From positions 1-32,580 of the forward strand of contig JANNWY010000079.1 of the NCBI GenBank assembly GCA_031409335.1: a DNA stretch of 32,580 nucleotides, in the 5' to 3' direction. Positions 8,217-16,485 of the stretch are shown here, in pieces (position 1 is the stretch's first letter; every line of letters starts with the position of its first letter). The stretch comes from Chthoniobacteraceae bacterium (GTDB lineage Bacteria; Verrucomicrobiota; Verrucomicrobiia; Chthoniobacterales; Chthoniobacteraceae). The notes under the pieces were generated by a model. That model saw only the letters and a program-made list of their open reading frames with translations, was not told the DNA's origin and ran no database searches. A program made the translations under genes and the position numbers.

Positions 8217-8795
8217 CTACATGTCGGGATTCAGTAGGTCTCTAAGGCGGAGCATCCCACGACGAATCCGTGCTTTGATCGTCCCAAGCGGCTCCTTCAG
8301 CCGTTCGGAAATTTCGGTCTGGGTGAGGGAGGAAAAGAACGCGAGTTCGATCGCTTCGCGCTGGTCTTTCGAGAGCTTTTGAATCGCCTCGCGGACCATC
8401 TTGCTCGTCTCGCCAGACGCCAGCGCATCGAATGAACTGCGGTCGTCGAATTGCTCGAACGTCTCGGACTCGCGCTGCACGTCGTCTTGCAATCGGCTCC
8501 GGCGCTGCGTGGAGCGCAGCCGGTCGATCGCCTTGTTTCGCGTGAGCGTGACCGCCCAGGTCATTGGCTTGCCGCGCGCCGGATCGTAGAGCGGTGCCTT
8601 TTCCCAAATCTGAACGAAGACATCCTGGAGCACATCCTCCGCGGCTTCCTGATTGTTCAGCACGCGATAAGCGGTGGAAAACAACACGCCCGAAAACCGA
8701 TCGTAAAGCTCCTCAAATCCGACCCGGTCGCCTTGCGCGACGCGGCGCAAAAGCGCGATCTCAGCTACCAGTTGTTGTTCAGGATCGAGTTCCAT
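8217..8795 (-). CDS. ECF RNA polymerase sigma factor, SigK-like, 192 aa
   Basis: Region 2: GDRVGFEELYDR, AEDVLQDVFVQIW, YDPARG, RNKAIDRLR. Region 4: LTQTEISERLKEPLGTIKARIRRGM. Start at ATG 8795. Confidence 0.93.
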   Translation of the reverse strand: MELDPEQQLVAEIALLRRVAQGDRVGFEELYDRFSGVLFSTAYRVLNNQEAAEDVLQDVFVQIWEKAPLYDPARGKPMTWAVTLTRNKAIDRLRSTQRRSRLQDDVQRESETFEQFDDRSSFDALASGETSKMVREAIQKLSKDQREAIELAFFSSLTQTEISERLKEPLGTIKARIRRGMLRLRDLLNPDM

Positions 8796-8938
8796 GGACC
8801 GGCAGCTTGATGGAGCCCGCGCGCGCCGACAACAAAAACCGCGACACAAAAACCGCATTGTCGGCGTCCACGCGGCCAACTATGGACGAAGGCAACATCG
8901 ACGTTCTCTCACCCAAACTCACCAAACCACCGCGCCAC

Positions 8939-9154
8939 ATGAAACCCGCCCAACTCAAACAACTCAGCAATCTCTGCTTCATCCTCGGCTTTGCCTCCAT
9001 CCTCGGCTCCATCGCCATCTGGTTTCTGACTGGTGGACAGGCCCCCGACACCCAGGCTCACGCCGAGCGTTTCGGCATCTTCGTCGGACTGTGGGCGCCG
9101 ACCTTTTTCATCCTCTCGAATCGCTTCGACCGCTACGCGGAAAAGGCGGTCTGA
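8939..9154 (+). CDS. Small two-helix membrane protein, 71 aa, with an ERFGIFVGLWAP motif
   Basis: MKPAQLKQLSNLCFILGFASILGSIAIWF...HAERFGIFVGLWAPTFFILS; host-like codon usage; first gene of a plus-strand run. Confidence 0.75.
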   Translation: MKPAQLKQLSNLCFILGFASILGSIAIWFLTGGQAPDTQAHAERFGIFVGLWAPTFFILSNRFDRYAEKAV

Positions 9155-9165
9155 GCGCGCGGGAC

Positions 9166-10401
9166 GTGACTCTTCCTCCGCTCGCCCGCCACGAGGCGTT
9201 GGCCGCATGGCAGGCTTTTCTGTCGCGCGTGACGGGATACGCGGCGCGGCGAAATCATGTCGCGGTGGGGCATCGCGATGTCTCGCGGCTGAGCGCGGCG
9301 CTGCGTCATCGGTTGCTCACCGAGGACGAGGTCATCCGCGACACGCTGGAGCATCATAGTTTTAGCTCCGCGGCAAAGTGGCTGCAGGAAGTCTGCTGGC
9401 GGCGCTACTGGAAAGGCTGGCTGGAGCTGCGTCCGCAGGTCTGGACGAGCTGGCGGCAGCGCGTGCGCGAGTTGCGCGAGACTTTGCCGGCGGAGCTTTT
9501 GGCAAAGACGGACGCCGTGGCTGCGGGCGCGAGTGGCGTCGCCTGCATGGACGCCTTCGCGCGCGAACTGATCGACACCGGCTACCTCCACAATCACGCG
9601 CGGATGTGGTGGGCGAGTTTCTGGATTCACGCGGAGCGCCTGCCGTGGGAACTCGGCGCCGACTTTTTCTTTCGCCACCTGCTTGATGCCGATCCCGCCA
9701 GCAACACGCTCTCGTGGCGCTGGGTGGCCGGCTTGCAAACGCCCGGCAAGACTTACCTCGTGCGCCGATCGAATCTCGAAAAATATGCGCCCGAATATCT
9801 GCTGCGGCATGAGCGTGGCAGTGATCGCATCGCCGATGGCGCAGTCGCGCCATGCCCGCAGCAAGAGCGGGCCGACACTTCCAAACTAGTCCCGCGCGCC
9901 CATCCCACCACCCTGCCTGCGATCTCCGCGCGGGCAGGCCTGTGGCTGCACGCGGATGATCTCGCGCCGGAGATCGGCCCGCTCGCGGCGTTCACTCCCA
10001 CCGCCGTGGCCGCCTTCACCAGCGAACGAATCTATCGGCAGCACTACGCCCTGAGCGCCGCTCGCATCGCCGCCCTGCGCACGGTGCTCGGCGATGGCAT
10101 CGCCCGTGCCGCTGCGCACTATCGCTGTCCAGCCGCGCTGCTGGATGCCGACGACACCGCGACCAGCCTCACCGAATGGGCGCGCTCGCAGCACCTCGCG
10201 GAAGTCGTCGCCTTCGCGCCCGCCGTCGGTCCGATCCATGATCTCATCCCGCGGCTTTCCCAACATCTCGACCAATCGAGCATCCGTCTCACCCTCATCC
10301 AGCGCCCGTCCGATGCGCTCGCATTTTCCCTCGCCGGCGGTGGGTTCTTTCCCTTCTGGGAAAAGATGAGCCGTCACCTGCGCCCGCTCGTCGTCGCATG
10401 A
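9166..10401 (+). CDS. DNA photolyase family protein with N-terminal FAD-binding domain (inverted domain order, NewPHL-like)
   Basis: Begins directly with the helical catalytic domain (YAARRN, VSRLSAALRH, QEVCWRRYW, TGYLHNHARMW, LLDADPASNTLSWRWVAG); an alpha/beta-type region follows C-terminally. Likely GTG start at 9166. Confidence 0.82.
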   Translation: MTLPPLARHEALAAWQAFLSRVTGYAARRNHVAVGHRDVSRLSAALRHRLLTEDEVIRDTLEHHSFSSAAKWLQEVCWRRYWKGWLELRPQVWTSWRQRVRELRETLPAELLAKTDAVAAGASGVACMDAFARELIDTGYLHNHARMWWASFWIHAERLPWELGADFFFRHLLDADPASNTLSWRWVAGLQTPGKTYLVRRSNLEKYAPEYLLRHERGSDRIADGAVAPCPQQERADTSKLVPRAHPTTLPAISARAGLWLHADDLAPEIGPLAAFTPTAVAAFTSERIYRQHYALSAARIAALRTVLGDGIARAAAHYRCPAALLDADDTATSLTEWARSQHLAEVVAFAPAVGPIHDLIPRLSQHLDQSSIRLTLIQRPSDALAFSLAGGGFFPFWEKMSRHLRPLVVA

Positions 10402-10652
10402 AAGCAGCGCTCTCGCCGGATCAGATTTCCCACCTCATCCGGCTCGCGTGGGAAGATCGCACCAGCTTCGAGGAGATCGAAGAGCGCACCGGTCTGGTCG
10501 AAAGCCAGGTCATCGCCGTGATGCGCCGCGAGCTGAAACCCGCGAGCTTTCGCCTCTGGCGGAAAAGGGTCAGCGGTCGCATCACAAAACATCGCGCGCT
10601 GCTGGAGCGCAGCCTCAAAAGATCGCAGACCCGCGACGCGGAAAATGAGTAA
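10398..10652 (+). CDS. TIGR03643/DUF2805-like small protein
   Basis: AWEDRTSFEEIE...VIAVMRRELKPASFRLWRKRVSGRITKH matches the family as I recall it; ATGA-coupled to the photolyase. Confidence 0.85.
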   Translation: MKAALSPDQISHLIRLAWEDRTSFEEIEERTGLVESQVIAVMRRELKPASFRLWRKRVSGRITKHRALLERSLKRSQTRDAENE

Positions 10653-10655
10653 CCT

Positions 10656-10778
10656 GCATTTCTCACACCCAGAAAGGAACAGCCCACCTTCCTCTGCTCT
10701 TCCTCTTAATCTTCCTCCTTGCTGACAGAGGAAGATTAAGCGGAAGAGGAAGAGGAAGAGGAACAGGAACATTGCGGG
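10656..10778. repeat. Dispersed palindromic repeat, copy 1 (pyrimidine arm / purine arm)
   Basis: Starts GCATTTCTCACACCCAGA; 21-bp inverted repeat 10697-10717 / 10728-10748 with one mismatch; related copy at 21428-21561. Confidence 0.7.
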
Positions 10779-10823
10779 GCGCAAAAGGAACCGGCATGAT
10801 CTGTGGGCCGCGACCGCATTGAC

Positions 10824-13800
10824 ATGAGTGAAAACAAGAATCTTCCGGTGGAGACGCCAGCCCGAAGTGAACCGTCCGGGGAGCCGCCTTTGGTCGTGTT
10901 CGGTGAAACGCGGACGGTGCTCGAGGCGATCCTTTTTACCGACATCGAAGGATCGGTGCGCCTCGAACAGGAGATCGGGACGAAGGCGTATGCGGAGGTG
11001 CTGCGGCGGCACGGCGAACTCTTTTATGAAGCACTGAGCCGGGCGGTGACGGGCAACGTCGAGAAGCACACGGGCGATGGTTTTATGGCGCGTTTTGGCA
11101 GTCCGAGCGATGCGGTGACCGTGGCGCTGCATTTCCAGTGGCTGCTGCGGCGCGAGTCGTGGGGGAGGCCACGGCCGTTGCGGGTGCGGATCGGCATTCA
11201 TCAGGGCGAGTTTATGCTGATCACTTCGCAGTATGAGATGCCGAGCGCGGTGGGGGCACCGGTGAATTTGGCCGCGCGTGTGCAATCGCTCGGGCAGGGC
11301 GGCCAGGTGCTGTTGACTCGTGGAGTGTTCGACAATGCGCGCCAGTTCGTGCGGGCGATCCCAAATGTGCCCGCTGCCGAACAGGCCGAACTCGGCTGGC
11401 AGGCGCACGGCCCGTATCTGTTGAAAGGCATCGAGGGGCCGGTGGAGATTTTTGAAGTCGGCGAGCGCGGCTTTGCCCCGTTTGAGCCACCGCCGAGCGA
11501 TGCTTCCGCGAAGCGCTCCGTCTCCGCGGAGGAGGAGGCAGCGCTGGGCTGGCGACCCGCGAAGTCGATGGAAGTGCCGAAGCGGCCCGGCTGGTTCTTG
11601 CAGCAGAAAGTGGGGGAAGGCGGCTTCGGTGAAGTGTGGCTGGCGGAGAATCGGCAAACGTCGGAACGGCGGGTCTTCAAGTTTTGCTTCGATGTGGTGC
11701 GGCTGCGCTCGTTCAAGCGCGAGCTGCTGCTCTTTCGCTTGATCCGCGAGGCGCTCGGGCCGCGGCGCGATATCGTCACGCTTTACGAAGTGCAGATCGA
11801 TACGCCGCCGTTTTTTTTGGAAAGCGAATACTGCTCGGGCGGCACGCTGGCGCAGTGGTTCCAGGCATCCTCGGCAAATGGCGGCGTTCCAGTTTCCGCG
11901 CGGCTGGAAATCATCGCCCGCATCGCGCGGGCGCTCGCCGCGGCGCATTCCGTCGGCATCATCCACAAGGATGTGAAGCCCTCGAATATCTTCATCGAGG
12001 AACTCGGCGGCGGCGTGGTGCGACCGCGCCTCGCGGACTTTGGCATCGGCGTGCTGATCGATCGCGCGACGGCAGCGCATCATCATCTGACGATGACCGG
12101 AGGCCTGACGGTCGCCGCGGAACCAAGCCGCACCGGCACGCGGATGTACAGCGCGCCAGAATACATGGTCGATCGGCCACCGTCGATTCAGGGCGATATC
12201 TATTCGCTGGGCGTGTTGCTATTCCAAATACTGGTGGGCGACTTCGAGCGCCCGCTCGGCCCCGGCTGGCGGCGTGATATCGGCGATCCGCTGCTGGTGG
12301 AGGACATCGCGATGTGCGTGGATGTCGAGCCGCAGCGGCGCTTCAGCAGTGCGCTGCAAGTGGCGGAGCAACTCGAGACGCTGGAGCAGCGGCGGACGGC
12401 GGTGCAGGCGGAGGAGGAAGCGGCGCGACGCGAGGAAGCGCAGCGCTGCCAGCTTGAGACATTTCGCAAACGGGTGCGGCTGGGTGTCATCGGCAGCATC
12501 GTCGCGCTGACGCTGATCGGTGCCCTGAGCGCGCTCGTGCTCGTGCTGGATCGCTCGCGAAAAGACGCGCTGAAGAACGAAGCCGCGCTGAAGGTCCAGC
12601 GTGAAATCGCCGAAGATCGCGCCTACGTGGCCGACATGCAGACGGCGACGGATGACATGGCACAGCGGCGCGGCGAGATGACGCGGGAAATCATCGAGCG
12701 ATACCGGCCAAAACCGGGAGAGCGCGATCGGCGCGGTTGGGAATGGTTTTTTGTCGATTCAGTCCTGAACACGCCGGGCCTCGCGAAAAAGGTTTCCACT
12801 TCACCCCTGCGCGCAATGGCGGTGAGCGTGGATGAAAAGCATGTCGCCGTGGGCGGCGACGATGGCGAGGTTTCCATCTGGTCCTCCGAAACGCTCGAAA
12901 GGATGGCCGTCTGGCGGCCGTCGAACGATGCAGTGCGCGCGCTCGCCTGGCAAAGCGCGGGCGCGCTTGCGATCGGCCTCGCGAGTGGCGAAGTCTCGGT
13001 GGTTGCCACTCCGCTCACGCCGACGGAGACCCAGCGCTGGCAGGCGCATCGCGGCGCGGTGAATGCGCTCGACTGGCATCCCCGGCTGGGGCAGCTCGCG
13101 AGCGGCGGCGCGGACGGGCGGATTGCCTTTTGGAGTCCGACCGGCGAGCCCTTGCGCGAGGCGCGCAAGGAAGCGCCCGTGCAGGCGGTGGCGTGGCAGC
13201 CGGACGGCAGCGAACTCGCGGCGCTTTACGGGCAGCCGCTGCATCTCGTGGTCGCGAGCCCGGAGCAAATCGAGCACGGCCAGGCGACGCCGTTAAATGT
13301 GGACGATTCGCCGCTCGTGTGGCGGCCCGGTGGAAAAGAGGTGGCTATCGCTTCGCGGGACTTGCCGATGCGCTCATGGGATCCGCGCGCGGGCGGCGAC
13401 TCGTTTTCGCTGCCGGGCTTTTTCAGCGCAGGAGGCACCGCTTACGCCTGGTCGCCAAACGGCAGTGGGATCGCAGTCGGAAGTGTGGACGGAAAAATAG
13501 TGCTCGTCGATGTGCGCCTCCTCGCCGAACCGCGGATCGCCCTTTACGGACACAAAGGACCCGTCGCCGGCCTCCGGTGGCTCGGCAAACCGGGCGAACG
13601 GCTCGTCTCGATCGGCCAGGATGGAACGCTGCGCGTGTGGACCGACCTGTGGCAGGCTCCGCAAATCACGCAGGTCAATTCCCCCGAAACGATCGCCGAC
13701 GCGCAATGGCACCCAGGCGAAAACAAGCTGGCGCTTTTGATCGCCGGCGACGAGGTGCGGATCGCGCGCGGCGACTCGGGGGAGACGGAGCAGACGTGGG

Positions 13801-15653
13801 TGATGCCGCCGCCGCACAGCCCGCGCACGCCTTATCGCGGCGGTCGGATCGCGTGGAGCCCGGATGGAAAATGGCTCGTCGCGATCAGCCCGGGCCGGCC
13901 ACTCGCGGTGTGGAATGCGGGCGATGGCAGTGTGCGAATCCCCCCAGCGACGGGCGATGAACGCGAGGTGCAATGGATGGCCGACAGCCGGCGCTTGCTC
14001 GTGCGCGGAGCGGCGGGCTGGTCGTGGTGCGCGGTGGATGGCGGAAAAAGCGCCGCCATTCCCGAAACGGAAAACGTGCTCTGGATGGCGGGCGTGGAAG
14101 GCGAACAGATCGGCATGGTGACGCGCACTGGCCGGGAATTGCGGTTCGTGAAAAGGAACCTCGCTGGCGGAGCGCCCGCCCTCGATGTCGCGCTTCCCGC
14201 CGAGCTGGGGATCGTGCGTTGTGGCGTAATGAATCCCACCCGCTCGCTGCTGGCGCTCGGCGGCGAGACGGGCACCGTCGCGTGGGTTGATACGCGCACC
14301 GGCGCGGCGTCGAGGCCGGCGATCACCCACGGTGGCGCAGTCCACGCGCTCGGGTGGCACCCGGACGGCTCGCGACTCGCGAGTACCGGTGCCGATGCGC
14401 TGTGCCGCATTTTCAATATCGCGCAGACCGCGCAGACGTGGGTGATCGCGCACAAGTTGCAGAGCAGCGTGGTGGCCACCGGGTGGAGCGCCGATGGGCG
14501 GCAGCTCCTGCTGGCCTCGTCGGATCCCAGTCGGAGGCTCGTCAAGCTCTACGACGCATCACTTTCGATGGACCTCGCGCAAGGCGTGGCACCGAAACCG
14601 GCGGCGGCGGCATCGGGAAAAATCGCGGTGGCCTGCGCGACGATTGCGCGCGAGTCGGACGACGATGCGGGCTGGCTGGCGCTCGCGCGGGAGATTCGCA
14701 AAGCGCCGGATGGCGGCGCGCAGGCCGGCAAGGATTTACTTTTGGCGGCGATGGAACTCGGAGCGCAGGGCCGTTTCAGCATGGATCGCGAGCCACCCTC
14801 GCAAACTGCCGCGCAAAGCTGGGAGGGCGTGCCGCTGCCGATGGCGGTGCAAGTGGCGCAAGCCTGCGTGCTGCGCCGCTGGGAGGAAGTCGTGCAACTT
14901 TGCCGGGAGTCGCGGGAAACGTGGTTCCTGCTCGCGCGGGCGGAAGCGCTGTTGCGGCTCGATCGTCGCGACGAAGCCGAGGCCGCGAACCTCGCCGCGT
15001 GGCACGCACTGCGCCGCCAGCAGGGGACAGCGGGTGATGTTTTTTCGCCGAGTGCAAATGCGCCGGGGGAAAGTGTGAACCTCGGCCCGTGGGCGAACAT
15101 CAAGCTCAACGAGAATTGGTGCGGCGGTGAAAACAATCATCTCGCGTCGCTGCCCGCGCTCGTGCCGCAGCCGGACGGGATCGACTTTCGTTGCGGCGAT
15201 TTCCTGCAGCTCGCCAGCAAAGGCTTCCGCGTGAGCGGCGGCCACATGCTCCCGCGCAGCACGGGCTGGATGCCCTTTGCGCGGCCCGCCCGCCGCGTGG
15301 CCGCCATGGTCGCCTCATGCCAGGTGAATCCGCAGGAACATCTGGACAACATCGTGATCGGCAGCCTCTTCCTGCTCCGCAGCGGTGGCCGCGGCGCGGT
15401 GCGCATCCCGCTCGCGTACGGGCGCAATATTTGGGATTGGTGGTCGCCCGCAGTCGGTTGGGTGACCGATGCGACGCCGGAGGTCGTGGCGTGGCGGGGC
15501 ATGAATGAGCACGCCGAAAAAAAGCAAAAATCACTGGCGCTCTTTCGCATCCCATGGGGCGAGCAGGATGGCCAGCCAGTCGTCGCCGCGTCCATCGTTT
15601 CCCACCTGCGCGCACCGGCACCGATGCTCATGGCGCTTTCTTTTGAGGAATAG
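10824..15653 (+). CDS. Class III nucleotidyl cyclase + Ser/Thr protein kinase + TM helix + WD40 repeats + C-terminal domain (about 1609 aa)
   Basis: Cyclase: ILFTDIEGS, KHTGDGFM, RVRIGIHQG, VNLAARV. Kinase: GEGGFGEVW, VFK, HKDVKPSN, DFG, GTRMYSAPE, DIYSLG. TM: LGVIGSIVALTLIGALSALVLVL. Multiple H...V..L.W.PDG WD40 repeats. Confidence 0.9.
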   Translation: MSENKNLPVETPARSEPSGEPPLVVFGETRTVLEAILFTDIEGSVRLEQEIGTKAYAEVLRRHGELFYEALSRAVTGNVEKHTGDGFMARFGSPSDAVTVALHFQWLLRRESWGRPRPLRVRIGIHQGEFMLITSQYEMPSAVGAPVNLAARVQSLGQGGQVLLTRGVFDNARQFVRAIPNVPAAEQAELGWQAHGPYLLKGIEGPVEIFEVGERGFAPFEPPPSDASAKRSVSAEEEAALGWRPAKSMEVPKRPGWFLQQKVGEGGFGEVWLAENRQTSERRVFKFCFDVVRLRSFKRELLLFRLIREALGPRRDIVTLYEVQIDTPPFFLESEYCSGGTLAQWFQASSANGGVPVSARLEIIARIARALAAAHSVGIIHKDVKPSNIFIEELGGGVVRPRLADFGIGVLIDRATAAHHHLTMTGGLTVAAEPSRTGTRMYSAPEYMVDRPPSIQGDIYSLGVLLFQILVGDFERPLGPGWRRDIGDPLLVEDIAMCVDVEPQRRFSSALQVAEQLETLEQRRTAVQAEEEAARREEAQRCQLETFRKRVRLGVIGSIVALTLIGALSALVLVLDRSRKDALKNEAALKVQREIAEDRAYVADMQTATDDMAQRRGEMTREIIERYRPKPGERDRRGWEWFFVDSVLNTPGLAKKVSTSPLRAMAVSVDEKHVAVGGDDGEVSIWSSETLERMAVWRPSNDAVRALAWQSAGALAIGLASGEVSVVATPLTPTETQRWQAHRGAVNALDWHPRLGQLASGGADGRIAFWSPTGEPLREARKEAPVQAVAWQPDGSELAALYGQPLHLVVASPEQIEHGQATPLNVDDSPLVWRPGGKEVAIASRDLPMRSWDPRAGGDSFSLPGFFSAGGTAYAWSPNGSGIAVGSVDGKIVLVDVRLLAEPRIALYGHKGPVAGLRWLGKPGERLVSIGQDGTLRVWTDLWQAPQITQVNSPETIADAQWHPGENKLALLIAGDEVRIARGDSGETEQTWVMPPPHSPRTPYRGGRIAWSPDGKWLVAISPGRPLAVWNAGDGSVRIPPATGDEREVQWMADSRRLLVRGAAGWSWCAVDGGKSAAIPETENVLWMAGVEGEQIGMVTRTGRELRFVKRNLAGGAPALDVALPAELGIVRCGVMNPTRSLLALGGETGTVAWVDTRTGAASRPAITHGGAVHALGWHPDGSRLASTGADALCRIFNIAQTAQTWVIAHKLQSSVVATGWSADGRQLLLASSDPSRRLVKLYDASLSMDLAQGVAPKPAAAASGKIAVACATIARESDDDAGWLALAREIRKAPDGGAQAGKDLLLAAMELGAQGRFSMDREPPSQTAAQSWEGVPLPMAVQVAQACVLRRWEEVVQLCRESRETWFLLARAEALLRLDRRDEAEAANLAAWHALRRQQGTAGDVFSPSANAPGESVNLGPWANIKLNENWCGGENNHLASLPALVPQPDGIDFRCGDFLQLASKGFRVSGGHMLPRSTGWMPFARPARRVAAMVASCQVNPQEHLDNIVIGSLFLLRSGGRGAVRIPLAYGRNIWDWWSPAVGWVTDATPEVVAWRGMNEHAEKKQKSLALFRIPWGEQDGQPVVAASIVSHLRAPAPMLMALSFEE

Positions 15654-15673
15654 CGGCGGCCGCGAGCCGGCAG

Positions 15674-16480
15674 CTACATTTCCATGGTGTTGAAAAGCAT
15701 GAGCTGGGTGTCGTGCAGAAAGGCGGACGCAAACACGCCGAATAAAAAGCGGGACTTGTAATCGACGGCCAGGCCGCTTGCCGCATGCACCACGGCCGCC
15801 TCCGCGTAGTCCAGATAGCAGACCAGATTTTCACGCACGAGCGGGAGCGCGATCTCCCCGCGCGGCCACTCGAATTTTCGCACCGGCCAGTCGAGCACCA
15901 CGCGGTTAAAAGCGCCTTGCTCGCGGAGAAACCCACTTTGCCGCACCGGCTCCTCCTCCACCGCGCGCCAGCGCGCGAGGAGTTCGCCAAAACGGGAAGC
16001 CTGCACCGCGAGGGTGCCGCTGTTGTATCCCTCGCGGGTCATCTCCCGCAGTTCCTCGGGAGTGAGATATGCGCCCCAGCAAAAATCCTGAATCCTGGAA
16101 CCCACTTCCGGGAAAACCGCGAGATCCCACTCGCCTTCGAGCAAGTGGTCGATGTTGCGCAGCACCACGGAATCGCAGTCGATGAACATCACTTTTTCAT
16201 AAGCCGCCGTGTCGATCTGATCGGCGATCTCGTGCTTGAAGGATTGCGCGAGGTGAACGAAGCCGTGGTCCTTCGGCAGCTTGCGGGGCATTTTCAACTG
16301 CACCTCCCGCACCCCGGCGCGCGCCACCATGAAGAGCGGATAGGGCGTCGTGTGAAAGACCAGGATATCGCCCGAGAACCGCGTCCGCAGCAGCGAGGAC
16401 ACGAGCATCTTCGCCAGATTGCGGTGCCCGGTTTCGCCCGGACGATCGAGCGCGATGGTGTAAACGAGATTTTTACGCAT
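15674..16480 (-). CDS. GT-A fold nucleotide-sugar transferase (GT8-like), paralogue B
   Basis: KVMFIDCDSVV (DxD), YNSG, REQGAFN, VVH motifs; clear similarity to the upstream gene. Confidence 0.7.
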   Translation of the reverse strand: MRKNLVYTIALDRPGETGHRNLAKMLVSSLLRTRFSGDILVFHTTPYPLFMVARAGVREVQLKMPRKLPKDHGFVHLAQSFKHEIADQIDTAAYEKVMFIDCDSVVLRNIDHLLEGEWDLAVFPEVGSRIQDFCWGAYLTPEELREMTREGYNSGTLAVQASRFGELLARWRAVEEEPVRQSGFLREQGAFNRVVLDWPVRKFEWPRGEIALPLVRENLVCYLDYAEAAVVHAASGLAVDYKSRFLFGVFASAFLHDTQLMLFNTMEM

Positions 16481-16485
16481 CGCCT

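Noticed and set aside
10728..10770. GGAAGA tandem run as a CRISPR array or coding repeat
   Set aside because: No repeat-spacer structure and no cas genes; it is one arm of the dispersed palindromic repeat.
10787..10813. ECF-like promoter GGAACC before the cyclase-kinase gene
   Set aside because: The -10 position reads CGCGA, not CGTW, so there is no support for membership in the local regulon.
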